Below, in pieces: positions 28,701-38,684 of a DNA stretch of 64,000 nt (positions within the stretch are counted from its first letter, which is position 1; each line of letters starts with the position of its first letter). Made by a program: the position numbers and the translations under genes. The notes beneath the pieces are model-generated. The model did no database searches and was not told the DNA's origin. It saw only the letters and a program-made list of their open reading frames with translations. Source of the stretch: a virus; IMG/VR virus record IMGVR_UViG_3300021961_005592, positions 1 through 64,000 of that record; one strand, given 5' to 3'.

Positions 28701-31700
28701 AGAGTTGGTTGAAACATTACCTACAGACAAGTTTGACGATATATATCGTATTAGACCGTTTGAGGTCTACGATAAGCCGGAAGGGTATAATCACGCACCG
28801 TTTCCAGTAGCTACAGTTGATCCTAACTATTTAATGAGCAGCGGATATGTACACGAAGACGATGTTGAATATAAAACAGGAAAAACAGAAGATTTAGAAA
28901 CAGCTGATATTAATCAACTTAGTATAGGTCAGTACATTTGGATAACTAGAACCAGTAATGATGGATGGAATGTTTATCAACTAGATGACACTATTGCTCA
29001 TGTAGTGGCTGTTGCAAACACTGAAACATTTACAGATAGAAATAAGCCCATTTTTGAATTGACTTTAGACAGATGGTCAAAAAATATTTTAAATGCAGGT
29101 GACTTAATATCTGTTAAAGGAGCAGCTAATTTTTCTCTAGCAGGTATATACTCGGTTGATTCTGTAAGTGGCCTAGCTGTAAATATTTCAGCACCAATAG
29201 ATAACGAAATTCAAATTTTTGATACGCAAAATTTTCCTTTAGTAAAATTAAGACCTGTGCGTGTTGAAACCCTTAATGGATTAAATTCATTAATACAGGA
29301 GCGTGTTTATAAAGATCAAAAGGTATGGGTAGACAACTATAAAGACGGAAACTGGGCTGTTTATAAAAACAACCCTGTATACAACGAACAACAGGCATTA
29401 TTAAATCCAGCCGAGTTTGACAGTAGTGAACACAACTACGGTCGTTCAATGACAGTCACTGACAATAATAATACATTGTTTGTTTCTGCACCTAATTATG
29501 GAAATGGATCTGTATACCATTATAGAAGAACACGAGATGTAAACAATCTAATACAAGATCCTGATATTATTCTACCTGATCATTTAATGGATGTAACTGA
29601 ATCAAGGTTTGGTGATAGTATATCTGTTAGCCCTGATGGAGAATATCTTGCTGTAGGAATACCCCATGCAAGTTCAGTTAAAACCAAATTTACGGGAAAC
29701 TTTGACTCTTCTATAACATATAACAAAAATGACATTATTAGATATAGAGAAAGTTTGTGGAAAGCTAATAGACAGATTCTGCCAACTACACTAAGTCAGC
29801 CTTTTACTACATTTGACAGTTACATAAATTTAGTTAATAATACTGATGCAGATTCTACATCAGTTAAGTTATTAGTTTCAGGAAATCCTGGATTAGAAAA
29901 CAGTATTAGTTCTCACTTTTTGGTTAGGGCGCCGTTAGACATGTATCTCGGCACTTTAGCAGGAGATAGAGTTAAGTTAGCGTGGAATGTTAGAAGTTTT
30001 GCATACCCAACAGCTAATCAAAACCCGTCTGCGACAGAATTAGAAAATATCTATCCGTGGAACGGTATGCATTCAGAAGTAACAGATTATATTAATAACA
30101 CACATGTAATTGATGCTAAAATTGACCACATATTATTTGTAGATACATTTGTAGGATTGCCAGTAGTTGGTGATCGTGTAACAACAGATACTGGTTCGGG
30201 AATAGTACACTATGTTGATATTAAAGATGATAGTGCAGTAATTTATATAAAAGAAACTAATGGTATTATTGATATAACTGGTGAGCTATACATTAATGAT
30301 ATTGATTTTATTGGTTCTTATACTGAAGAAAATACATATACTACTGCTGATAACTTAGGCGGTTTTTGGATGTTTAACCTTCCATTTAGCTATAATAATC
30401 ATATGGAATGGTATGATATTGGTCGAGGACTAGTATATGTTGATGTGCTACTAGCATCAGAATCTAGAAATGAAAGTAACTATTATAATATACAAACCAC
30501 TATAGCACAAATTGGTCCATATGTTTATAAAAGGAACAATGCTAGTTTTATTGGAGCATTAAGTTACCACGGCGATCCAGGCGGAATTGAAGGTGATTAT
30601 TACTCAACTAAGTGGGTAGTAAGGGGAGCAAAATCCTATACTGATATTATTGGAGCATTACCTAACAACGGGTTTGGTTATCAAACTGAATTCAGAGTTT
30701 ACGACTCGGATAATAGAACAGTTGATTTAGCCACAGCAGGCCTTTCTTATAGTATTACAAATAAGAATCAAACTGTGGTTGATTTGTGGGACGGCTATAT
30801 TGATTTTGAATACACTCGTTTTGATTTCCAAGGTAACGTTTTTGAACCTGTTATTGGAGATATACTTCAGGATGTACAGACACCGTTTGACGAGTTCGGG
30901 GGATTAGCTTTAACGTCATATTCAACAAGTACTGCGGAAGTGGTATTTTATCAACGCAACTTTAACTTTGTTAGAGTGTATGTCAAAAATAAAACAGGCA
31001 ATTGGACGAAACTCAACAACATCGGACGTATAGAAGTACGAAGAAAAGCAAATACACAAGCAAGGGGAGCAAGCGATGTTGATCGTGTGATTGGAACCAT
31101 TAATGATTTCAATAACGATGTTGCACTAGGAACCAGTTTAATTGGTAAACTAATAGTATTTGAAAACATTGATGTGCTACCAATAGTAGAAAATCCGTAC
31201 ATTTATGACGAGGAATATTACTTCTTTACTGAGCGCACTACAGGCGGCGCAGCGCGAGACGAAAACCCTCCTAATAAACTGAATAAAGACTATACTCAGA
31301 TATATCGTATTCCAGTTGACGAGTATGGCGAACCGGGACCTGCAAATGCAGGCGCAGTAGCATTGTACGAAAAGTACGGTAATGGCTCATACAGATTACA
31401 TAATGTAATTTACAGTGAGCTATTTGAAGAAAATAGAAGGTTTGGTAAGCTAGTTAAACTTTTAAAACATAATGGCCAATACATTCTTCTAGCCTCGAGT
31501 ATAGGAGATAGTACTCTAGAAAATTATGGATCAATAGAAATTTTTAGACACGGTTATAAAGATTCAGAAATATTTGCAGGCACATGGAACCAAGTAAACG
31601 ACTATTTGAGAGATAATGTTGTTGTTTATAGAAACAATTACTATAAAGCAATGAAAGATATTTCAAACGGTACTACCAGTATATATGATACTACTGCATG

Positions 31701-34700
31701 GAATAATATCAGCTGGAGGCAAGGCAAAGACGAAAACTTTAGAGGTGCGTTAGATACAACATATCCTTATGCTAAAAATTCTGTAGTAAGCTACAACGGT
31801 AGTTTATTTAGAGCAAAAACAAATATTGCTGCTGGCGCATCTCTTACATTATCAAACTGGGAACTAGTAACTGGTAATTTAGATTACTTAGGAATTCTTC
31901 CTAACAGAACCGGAAACGCTTTTTACAGCGAAGATATATACCAACCGTCAACTGATTTTATTGAACAATTTGCAACTGACTTTGAAGTAAGTTCAAATGG
32001 TGCAGTTCTAGCAGTAATGTCAAAACAAATTGGGTCCGATAGTGCAGTTAATGTAAAACTTTTAGTTTACAGATTAATTGGTGAAAAATATAATTTAGAT
32101 CAAGTAATAGACCTTGACAAAAATGCGGCAAAATTGTCATTAGCACCTTTGGGTAATATTATTGCAGTATCAGTTCCAGAAAATGATTCTAAAAAACGTG
32201 ATCAAGGAAAGGTAGATGTTTACAGATTTACAAACGGATTATTTACACTAACACAAACTCTAACGCCGCCTCAAAATGAAGAGTCAGAAAAATTTGGAAC
32301 TAGCATGTCATTTAGTAATGACAATCTAGTTGTGACTAGCCTAAATGGCGATATGAAATTACCTACAACATTTGATGTTAACAATAAAAATGAAACAACA
32401 TTTGATAACGGGTTTACTTCGTTTAGAAATATTATTAGAGATACCGGAGTTGTTTATATATTTGAAGACATTGAAGATAGCTTAGTATTTGCAGAGTCTT
32501 TTAGATACGACAATAAGGTTGTTAGCTTTGGTGAGTTTTTATTAGCTAAAGGAAATCATGTATATGTTGGAATGCCACGTGTTGGGACAGACATGTTTAA
32601 AGGTACTGTCTTGGAATATAGAAAATCAAAAAATTCGTTTGCATGGCAACGAATTCGAGAACTTGTACCAGCAGCTGATCTTTCTAAAATTAAAGGAGCA
32701 TTCCTTTATAACAAGCGTACCAATCAAATAATAACCTATCTAGATTATATTGATCCTATTCAGGGAAAAGTTGCTGGACCTGCTGAGCAAGAACTCACGC
32801 ATAAAGTTCCATTTGATCCAGCAACATATAATGTTGGCGTATTTACTGGTGTCGATACAGATGTATTTTGGGCAGATGAACATGTTGGAGAATTATGGTG
32901 GAATATAAAAACAGCAAGATTCACATATCCATACCAGGGTGATATAAAATACCAACGAGCAAATTGGAACGAATTGCAACCGGGTGCAAGTATAGATGTA
33001 TATGAATGGGTAGCTAGTGACGTTCTACCTAGCCAGTGGGATCTATTAGCAGATACTACCGACGGTGTACAACGAGGTATAAGTGGAACATCAGTCTACA
33101 ACGATAGTCTTTACAGTCAAAAGTTTTTATACAATGAAGAAACAAAGACTTTTGCAAACAAATACTATTTTTGGGTAGAGCGTAAATTAACAGTACCTAA
33201 TGTCGAAAATAGAAAATTGAGTGCATTTGATGTTGCAAGATTAATTGCGCAACCGCGCCAACAAGGATATAGATTTATTAGTTTCTTATCAAAAGATAGA
33301 TTTCTTCTTAACAACTGCGAAAGTTTAATTTATAATACTGATGTGGTTTTAAACATTAAGTACTCAACGTTTGATGACAAAGAAAGAAATGCTCACAGTG
33401 CATACCAAATACTATCAGAAGGTTTAGAATCAAGTGTTATACATCCCGACATAGAACGTAAATGGTGGGATAGTTTAGTAGGTTATGATGAACAGGGGAG
33501 GACAGTTCCTGGAGAACATTTAACAGTTAAACAAAAATACGGAGTACAAAATAGACCAAGACAGAGTATGTTTGTGAACCGTACAGAAGCGTTAAAGCAA
33601 TACGTAGAAAGAGTAAACCGTGTATGTAAAGATAATATTTTAGTTGACTCTTATGACTTAACGTTGCTAAATGATAAAGAACCGTTGCCATATGAGGCGA
33701 GCGGCTTATATGATGTTACTGTAGATACATTTGACGAGTTAAAATTTGTAAGCACAAACAAAATTGAACAAGCAGCACTAACACCAATTGTACAAAACGG
33801 AAAAATCGTTCGTGTAGATATAGATAATCCTGGTCGAGGTTATAAAATAGCACCGTCTTATACTTTAGTTGGTGCTGGTACAGACGCTGAATTTAAATTA
33901 ACTATTAATAATATTGGACAAGTTACTGACGTTAAAGTGTTAAGTACTGGGTCTGGCTATGGTTCTAATACTAAGATATTTGTAAGACGTTATAGTACAT
34001 TAGTAACTAGTGATATCTCAATTAACGGAAAATGGTCAATTTACAGTTGGAATAACACTTCAAAATTATGGGAAAGAACAAGCGTACAAGATTATAATGT
34101 TTCTGCTTACTGGAATTACCTTGATTGGTACGCTACTGGATATAACAGTCTTACACCTATTACGTTTGAAGTAGAGCAAACTAGTGATGTACCTGCATTG
34201 CCAATTAATGTTGGAGACATAGTTAAAATTAATTCAGTTGGCTCTGGTGGTTGGTTATTGCTAGAAAAAATAGCCAACGAATCTACAGAAGATTTCACTG
34301 TTAATTTTAAAACAATTGGTAGAGAAAACGGAACTATTGAATTTAAAGACACATTATATAATTACGAAAAAAGCTACGTAGGGTTTGATAATAGAACCTT
34401 TGACGTTAGTTCATATGATAATAACCCAATAACAGAGTTAAGAATTATTCTTAACCTAGTTAAAAATAAGTTGTTTGTTGGTGAATTAAAGGTAGAATAT
34501 AATAAGTTGTTCTTTGCTAGTTTAAGATATGTTCTTCATGAACAAAATTATGTTGATTGGATGTTTAAAACCAGCTTTATTAAGATCAAACATAATGTAG
34601 GAACATTAGAACAAGACATTACATTTAATACTGATACATTACCAAGCTACAAGTCATATGTTGAAGAAGTAAAGCCTTACAAGAGTGTTATTAGGGAGTT

Positions 34701-37700
34701 CGTTAGTGCATACGACACAGTTGATAATACTAATAGTGTTATAAGCGACTTTGATGTGCCACCTTATTATAATACTTTAAAGAAGGAAATTACCCCAGTT
34801 GAGGCAGTATTGATTGGAAATAATATTGTTTCTGATGATAATGTTTTACAACAATATCCAAGAAAAAATTGGCTTGATAATCATGGATATGAAGTAGTAG
34901 ATATACAAGTTAAAGACGGCGGCTCTGGATTTACTACTAAGCCTATAGTTAAAATTACTGGTGGCGGCGGATCCGGCGCAACAGCTGAGGCATATTTAGG
35001 ATATGGAAAAATAACTAGAATTAAAGTTACTAATACTGGGTCTGGTTATATAAAATCTCCTACAATTACAATTGAAGGTTCACAAGTTAACGGAAGCCCG
35101 GCCAAGGTCAGTGCAGTACTTGGCAATGGCGTTGTTCGTACTCCGACAATTAAAATTAAATTTGACAGAGTTTCCGGAACATATTTTATTAGTACGTTAT
35201 TGACCACTGAAATCTTTACAGGAACAGCATTGACCACAACCTTTAATTTAGAATGGCCAATAGATACTATACCTTCTAAAATAAAAGTTTTTATAAACAA
35301 TGTTGAACAACTGAGAAGTACATATACCTATAAAAATATATCTAATATGACAGTTGGGTATCAAAGACTGCAAGGACAGCTAAAATTTAACAATCCACCA
35401 GCTAACGGATCAGTTATTAAAATTGAATACTACAAGCCGTTGTCAATGCTGACAGCAGCTGATAGAATTAAATTGTCTGAGATAGATAACATGCTAGGAA
35501 AAACCTTAGCATATCTAATGGATGGCATTGATTACGGCGGCGTTGAAGTAACAAGTTTTGACTTTGGAACTGAGGCTGGATGGGATACAAAAGGATGGTA
35601 TGTTGATACCTGGGATGTGTTCGATAATACATATGAAGATGAAGTGTTTACATTTGATCAATCGACGCTTGCTGTTGAACTGTCTGCACCTTTAGAAACT
35701 GGTATGATTTATAACCTGTATTTAAAACGTGCAGGAACTACTACACCGATAAGAATTGACGATCCAAATTTTGGAAACAATAATCAAGGTAACCCAAACG
35801 CATTAATGCCAAGCATTTTGGGAGACGGTGTAACAACAGTTATTAATTTAGGAGATTATGACTTCTTTGCAAACGACGGAGATGTTTTAATTGTTAGGAA
35901 GCATACTAGCGATGGTTCATTTATTCCTGATCCTGAAAGTTACGACACTGAACTAATTGGTGGCGATCTTCCGTATGCTACTGCTAAGGGAATTCGCGCT
36001 GAAGAAATAATTGTTGATGGTGATGGGTTTGTAACACCAACAACAAGCAAAGGTCCAGAAGAATTAGTTCCAGGACAAGTATTAGATTCATTAGATATTA
36101 AAGTTTACACCAGAGATACTATTGGCCAAGGATTAATTACCTGTCAGAATTATATAATGAATTCAGCCGTTGATACTTATAGTTTAGGAGTAGTTCCCGG
36201 AACAACTGCATCAGTATTTGTTAAACTCGACAATATTTTACTAGCTGACGACGAATATACAATTGATTGGGATGAACTTACAGTAACTATTCACAATCCA
36301 GTTGAAGGTGTTGAACTGAATATTATAGCAGTTGAAAGAGGCGGCCAGGGAATTCTTGATTACGGAAAAATAGTTATTGACAACAGTGTTGAAGAGGTAG
36401 TTATACCGAGAACATATATTGCAGGTGAAACACTATTTGTAACTGTTAATGGTGTAAGGAACGAAGTAACTTCTGTTGCCGATGAAACTACAGGACATCA
36501 TTTAATAACTTTTGATAGATATTTAGAAGTTGGAGATGTAGTACATTGGACAGTATTCCGATATGACGGCAATGAAATAAACTATAGCCAAATTACTAAA
36601 GATGCGTTTACAGGTGACGGCAACACTACTGCATTTGTACTATCTGAGGTGCCATTCTACGCTGAACCAACTGCGTATAATGTACTTGTTAAAGTTGGTA
36701 ATAGAATACTCTACCCAGGTTATAATATACAGTACACAATACCTGAAAATAGACAGAGAGAATTTACTTTGGAATCTTTCCAACAACCTGGAAATGCACT
36801 AACTACCGAAGATGTTAATGTTTATATTAACGGAGAAAAAATAGAACCGCCTGTGCAATGGCGTTTTGATATTTTTAATAGTAGTATTGTGCTAGCTGAT
36901 GCATACGGAAATGTTGGAGACACAGTTGACATATACGTTATTACTGACGGTGAGTATTCAATTAATGGTACAACTTTAATTCTTAATAATGCTCCGGCAG
37001 ATGGGGAAAGTGTTGAAATCTTTAAATATAGTAACCATAATATAGTTGGTATGGAAAGAATTAACTATGATGTTGTTTCTAGAGTTGCAGTTTTAACAAG
37101 CGACGTTGAACAAGTAACATTCCAACGTTTAACTGTTGGCGAAATTACTCTTAGAAATCCAGCAGTCGATGTCCAGTATGTTTGGGTAAGTGTTAACGGA
37201 GAACTATTATCGCCAAGCGTAGACTACTATCTAACTGATAACAAAACAAAAGTTAGATTAGTTAGACAGCCACATGCTGACGACACTATTGACATTATAC
37301 ATTTTTCAAAGTATTCGTCAACTCCTCGTTTTGCGTACAGACAGTTTAAAGATATTCTAAACAGGACTCACTTTAAGAGACTAGATTCTCCGGCTACTGT
37401 TCTTGCAGCTCCGTTGCTGGAAACTGATTTACGAATTGAATTGCAAAATGCTAACTCGTTGCCAGAACCTAATAGAGGAGCAAGACAACCAGGAGTAATT
37501 TTTATAGACGGTGAGCGCATTGAGTATTTTATGAAAGAAGGAAATACATTGCGTTTGTTGCGTCGAGGCACATTAGGTACCGGAACAAAAGCACGTTATG
37601 ATATAGGAACAGATGTATACGATCAGTCTGCTAAGAAAACAGTACCATATAAAGATGTGACTCAAGTGCAGAAAATTATTGCTCCTGGCAATATCAGTAC

Positions 37701-38052
37701 TTTTGAGCTTAATTTTAAAGCTCAAAGTGTAGACGAATTTGAAATTTTTGTTGCAGGTAAGAGACTAAGAAAAACTGCAATCTCAGTGTTTGATCCGTCT
37801 ATTGCATTAGATAGTCCCAAAGGCGATGTAGTTACTCCTGCAGAGTTTACAGTAAGTACAGATATAGATGAAGTTACAGGTAAAATTTTAACAAGTTATG
37901 TAAATCTCTTAGAGGCACCATTAGAAGGACAACATATAGTTATTACCCGTAAGATGGGTAAAACTTGGACAGAAAATGGAGTTCCTCTTGCTGAAACGCA
38001 AACAGATATAGGGTTTTTCTTGAGAGCAGGAACAACCAAGCTACCCGAATAA
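22714..38052 (+). CDS. Giant (5112 aa) gp7-like baseplate wedge / multidomain virion structural protein
   Basis: Coupled to gp6 (TAATG overlap). N-terminal LLPRFFRT and late YVEEVKPY motifs; CBM-like W..Y..G..V.Y modules, beta-propeller-like repeats, G(S/R)G(Y/F) repeats, Ig-like C-terminal repeats. Confidence 0.75.
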   Translation: MANEYQNENALPIPGSDKRTVSDLLPRFFRTEANRKFLQATLDQLVQPGVAEKLSGYIGRKNAKAFNAADNYIGDVTKSRTSYQFEPATVIKDELDNVTFYKDYNDYISQLKIFGANVDNLSRLNSQETYAWNPNIDWDKFTNFREYYWLPSGPKPVRVAGQSKEVVSTYTVTLVDNGDNTTYLFTPDGFTANPTLKLYRGQTYRFEINCPGHPMAFSISRTFTPGNAVVVAGREGIRGEGLFDAQLYGNDYDLGEYIILPSSGSVTFEDDANVSTLFPDGIRKLGEEGEEIANVYIEKGTIEFTIPENAPDRLYYISKNNIDTSGLVRIYDIEENTELDVAAEIVGKKTYTSANGVEFTNGLKIEFIGDVTPTNYAEGFFYIEGVGEEIQLVPAKNLDLSAPYAQVQPVAYDSDQFDTLPFQSADAYAANKDYITINRSSPDKNSWSRYNKWFHKDVLVKSAEYNNSPLDIDENARAKRPIIEFVSGLKLYNFGTSAKNDVSVVDTTTTDVFSTIEGSLGYNIDGVDLAEGMRVLFLADPDPLVSGKIFRVTYITKGATRQISLVETFDSNPKELETVVASNGQTLRGRAFYYERGAWQLAQQKYTVNQEPLFDLCCPQGNAYSNLDIFGESSFRGTKVFSYALGTGENDSELGFPLKYKNIENSGDILFNFDLLNDTIKYINNNEVVSVNASVGNLRKYRTRTNFKWVNGWASTPIISKQKVLRQYVVTAGLNNNFEIDVYNTPALLTDLRVNVFVNNKIKKEEVDYTLDRINKRILIRFFNNLALNDVVLIKTHSSEPKNDNGWYDFPINFERNPLNEEIGNFTLGEVIDHVDSMIEDLQLFEGAFPGPSNLRDLGNVNSYGKRFVKHSGPINLPLYHITDKNYNIVKAIQHSSNEYARFKRIFVETATNLGYDGPVREHVNKVLKEINSDKVKTQPFCYSDMLETGTTSTVLEYEILDPRNPYYPITKAFNLDSLSQRAITVYLNGEQLIYGRDYTFSETYLLLVSRQQEGDILQIYESTSTDGSYIPPTPTKLGLYPKFHPVIEFDDTVIATEPTSNGPFKIYGAEETTEKLGWFYPIYTSRRAAQNADSSNSAEQISFPGLNRILYIPTNTRTVAGYDNIDYEEYPVGVAFIKGHDGSLVKVFKDYRDSLILELERRIFNNIKVSYDDSQLDIHSFVPGKFRKTGFTKQEIDATLRSRFVMWSQFVELEFSEHNFHDRNNQFTFNYSEMTSPVDNAKLPGFWRAVYKELYDTDRPHSHPWEMLGFTIKPVWWNEVYGPAPYTNNNLVLWSDLENGYIREPNKQLKIKDKFVRPGLINFIPADEHGRLRSPIASGAAENFFFRYTPQSWKFGDEAPVETAWRRSSDYPFALLEAWLVNQPAHVMGIGFDISRTFKNLAGQYVYGPTLKAITLKDLELPNTYADTTRIQTSGLVNYIYNLVAGNILTVYDDYKYNLSSLTNQLGFKLGGFTDKEKLKLVLESRTPKATESDGVFVPNENYKIFLNVSSPIEQLNYSAIIVEKVPSGFVIRGYNSTRPYFEYFPYVETNNDPVVNIGGIEEVSVEWAEGRDYIKGQLIVHNYKYYRATANFTSGSSFITDNLAVLPEAPVVGGKRAVFRRNFNKKKLLSIGYGTKLSNSQEVVDFILGHNAYMKSIGFSFEYFNPQTEFVENWDHAAREFLFWTTQGWAAGTTIAVSPGATQFTLESKYSVVDDIFDDFYSYSLIKQDGLPLPKTFISVYRNLNTFEIKTKNTTDGIYSVALPIVQKEHVVLLDNTTVFNDVIYEPSTGYRKERIKVIGYRSDNWHGGLDIPGFIFDQAEVTPWKSWVDYNIGSLVKYKEFYYVALYPTPGSDDFNNSFWYRLAEKPETKLYTNFDYKINQFADFYDLDSGNFDAEQQRLAQHLIGYQKREYLSNIITDDISQYKFYQGFIQDKGTKNALTKLFNPLSTSQKNSFEFYEEWAVQVGRYGAVDNVKQVEYVLDETKIKESPQSIELVETLPTDKFDDIYRIRPFEVYDKPEGYNHAPFPVATVDPNYLMSSGYVHEDDVEYKTGKTEDLETADINQLSIGQYIWITRTSNDGWNVYQLDDTIAHVVAVANTETFTDRNKPIFELTLDRWSKNILNAGDLISVKGAANFSLAGIYSVDSVSGLAVNISAPIDNEIQIFDTQNFPLVKLRPVRVETLNGLNSLIQERVYKDQKVWVDNYKDGNWAVYKNNPVYNEQQALLNPAEFDSSEHNYGRSMTVTDNNNTLFVSAPNYGNGSVYHYRRTRDVNNLIQDPDIILPDHLMDVTESRFGDSISVSPDGEYLAVGIPHASSVKTKFTGNFDSSITYNKNDIIRYRESLWKANRQILPTTLSQPFTTFDSYINLVNNTDADSTSVKLLVSGNPGLENSISSHFLVRAPLDMYLGTLAGDRVKLAWNVRSFAYPTANQNPSATELENIYPWNGMHSEVTDYINNTHVIDAKIDHILFVDTFVGLPVVGDRVTTDTGSGIVHYVDIKDDSAVIYIKETNGIIDITGELYINDIDFIGSYTEENTYTTADNLGGFWMFNLPFSYNNHMEWYDIGRGLVYVDVLLASESRNESNYYNIQTTIAQIGPYVYKRNNASFIGALSYHGDPGGIEGDYYSTKWVVRGAKSYTDIIGALPNNGFGYQTEFRVYDSDNRTVDLATAGLSYSITNKNQTVVDLWDGYIDFEYTRFDFQGNVFEPVIGDILQDVQTPFDEFGGLALTSYSTSTAEVVFYQRNFNFVRVYVKNKTGNWTKLNNIGRIEVRRKANTQARGASDVDRVIGTINDFNNDVALGTSLIGKLIVFENIDVLPIVENPYIYDEEYYFFTERTTGGAARDENPPNKLNKDYTQIYRIPVDEYGEPGPANAGAVALYEKYGNGSYRLHNVIYSELFEENRRFGKLVKLLKHNGQYILLASSIGDSTLENYGSIEIFRHGYKDSEIFAGTWNQVNDYLRDNVVVYRNNYYKAMKDISNGTTSIYDTTAWNNISWRQGKDENFRGALDTTYPYAKNSVVSYNGSLFRAKTNIAAGASLTLSNWELVTGNLDYLGILPNRTGNAFYSEDIYQPSTDFIEQFATDFEVSSNGAVLAVMSKQIGSDSAVNVKLLVYRLIGEKYNLDQVIDLDKNAAKLSLAPLGNIIAVSVPENDSKKRDQGKVDVYRFTNGLFTLTQTLTPPQNEESEKFGTSMSFSNDNLVVTSLNGDMKLPTTFDVNNKNETTFDNGFTSFRNIIRDTGVVYIFEDIEDSLVFAESFRYDNKVVSFGEFLLAKGNHVYVGMPRVGTDMFKGTVLEYRKSKNSFAWQRIRELVPAADLSKIKGAFLYNKRTNQIITYLDYIDPIQGKVAGPAEQELTHKVPFDPATYNVGVFTGVDTDVFWADEHVGELWWNIKTARFTYPYQGDIKYQRANWNELQPGASIDVYEWVASDVLPSQWDLLADTTDGVQRGISGTSVYNDSLYSQKFLYNEETKTFANKYYFWVERKLTVPNVENRKLSAFDVARLIAQPRQQGYRFISFLSKDRFLLNNCESLIYNTDVVLNIKYSTFDDKERNAHSAYQILSEGLESSVIHPDIERKWWDSLVGYDEQGRTVPGEHLTVKQKYGVQNRPRQSMFVNRTEALKQYVERVNRVCKDNILVDSYDLTLLNDKEPLPYEASGLYDVTVDTFDELKFVSTNKIEQAALTPIVQNGKIVRVDIDNPGRGYKIAPSYTLVGAGTDAEFKLTINNIGQVTDVKVLSTGSGYGSNTKIFVRRYSTLVTSDISINGKWSIYSWNNTSKLWERTSVQDYNVSAYWNYLDWYATGYNSLTPITFEVEQTSDVPALPINVGDIVKINSVGSGGWLLLEKIANESTEDFTVNFKTIGRENGTIEFKDTLYNYEKSYVGFDNRTFDVSSYDNNPITELRIILNLVKNKLFVGELKVEYNKLFFASLRYVLHEQNYVDWMFKTSFIKIKHNVGTLEQDITFNTDTLPSYKSYVEEVKPYKSVIREFVSAYDTVDNTNSVISDFDVPPYYNTLKKEITPVEAVLIGNNIVSDDNVLQQYPRKNWLDNHGYEVVDIQVKDGGSGFTTKPIVKITGGGGSGATAEAYLGYGKITRIKVTNTGSGYIKSPTITIEGSQVNGSPAKVSAVLGNGVVRTPTIKIKFDRVSGTYFISTLLTTEIFTGTALTTTFNLEWPIDTIPSKIKVFINNVEQLRSTYTYKNISNMTVGYQRLQGQLKFNNPPANGSVIKIEYYKPLSMLTAADRIKLSEIDNMLGKTLAYLMDGIDYGGVEVTSFDFGTEAGWDTKGWYVDTWDVFDNTYEDEVFTFDQSTLAVELSAPLETGMIYNLYLKRAGTTTPIRIDDPNFGNNNQGNPNALMPSILGDGVTTVINLGDYDFFANDGDVLIVRKHTSDGSFIPDPESYDTELIGGDLPYATAKGIRAEEIIVDGDGFVTPTTSKGPEELVPGQVLDSLDIKVYTRDTIGQGLITCQNYIMNSAVDTYSLGVVPGTTASVFVKLDNILLADDEYTIDWDELTVTIHNPVEGVELNIIAVERGGQGILDYGKIVIDNSVEEVVIPRTYIAGETLFVTVNGVRNEVTSVADETTGHHLITFDRYLEVGDVVHWTVFRYDGNEINYSQITKDAFTGDGNTTAFVLSEVPFYAEPTAYNVLVKVGNRILYPGYNIQYTIPENRQREFTLESFQQPGNALTTEDVNVYINGEKIEPPVQWRFDIFNSSIVLADAYGNVGDTVDIYVITDGEYSINGTTLILNNAPADGESVEIFKYSNHNIVGMERINYDVVSRVAVLTSDVEQVTFQRLTVGEITLRNPAVDVQYVWVSVNGELLSPSVDYYLTDNKTKVRLVRQPHADDTIDIIHFSKYSSTPRFAYRQFKDILNRTHFKRLDSPATVLAAPLLETDLRIELQNANSLPEPNRGARQPGVIFIDGERIEYFMKEGNTLRLLRRGTLGTGTKARYDIGTDVYDQSAKKTVPYKDVTQVQKIIAPGNISTFELNFKAQSVDEFEIFVAGKRLRKTAISVFDPSIALDSPKGDVVTPAEFTVSTDIDEVTGKILTSYVNLLEAPLEGQHIVITRKMGKTWTENGVPLAETQTDIGFFLRAGTTKLPE

Positions 38053-38055
38053 ATA
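38048..38055 (+). promoter_or_regulatory. Late promoter AATAAATA
   Basis: Overlaps the stop of the giant ORF; TAAATACAGTATG is identical to 18784-18796. Confidence 0.55.
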
Positions 38056-38070
38056 CAGTATGGAAAAGGA

Positions 38071-38682
38071 ATGAGTGGAATTATGCAAGATCAAAACGGA
38101 GTACTAATACAAGGGCATATTAAAATATTTGACCCTGTATCAAAAGAAGTATACGTTAATAAACGTAACGCCATACATTACGAAAATATGAGTATAGCAC
38201 TAGCTGAAAGTTTAAGTAATGCAGGGCAAGGGTTTATTTACGAAATGAGTTTTGGGAATGGCGGAACGTCAGTAGATCCAACTGGCATTATTTCCTACTT
38301 AACACCTAACTCAACGGGAACTAATGCAAGTTTGTATAATCAAACCTATACAAAGATTGTTGATGACAGAAGTGTTAACAACACAGATCCTGCACGTAAC
38401 TTTATTGAAACCCGTCATGTAACCGGTACTAGCTATACTGATGTAGTGGTAAGCTGTTTACTAGATTACGGAGAACCAAACGGACAGGATGCGTTTGACA
38501 CAGCGTCGGATACAAATAATTCGTATGTGTTTGACGAATTGGGTTTGAGAAGTTTTTCTAGTTCGGGAACAGGACGATTAATTACTCATGTCATTTTCCA
38601 CCCTGTACAAAAATCCTTAAACCGATTAATACAAATAGACTATACTGTTCGTGTACAAAGTTTATCAGGTAGCGGGGTATAA
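38071..38682 (+). CDS. Virion structural protein (baseplate/fibre-attachment type)
   Basis: GHIKIFD..KRNAIH, FGNGG, FDELGL, LITHVIFHPVQKS..IQIDYTVR; position after the gp7-like gene. The start could be 38083. Confidence 0.65.
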   Translation: MSGIMQDQNGVLIQGHIKIFDPVSKEVYVNKRNAIHYENMSIALAESLSNAGQGFIYEMSFGNGGTSVDPTGIISYLTPNSTGTNASLYNQTYTKIVDDRSVNNTDPARNFIETRHVTGTSYTDVVVSCLLDYGEPNGQDAFDTASDTNNSYVFDELGLRSFSSSGTGRLITHVIFHPVQKSLNRLIQIDYTVRVQSLSGSGV

Positions 38683-38684
38683 CA

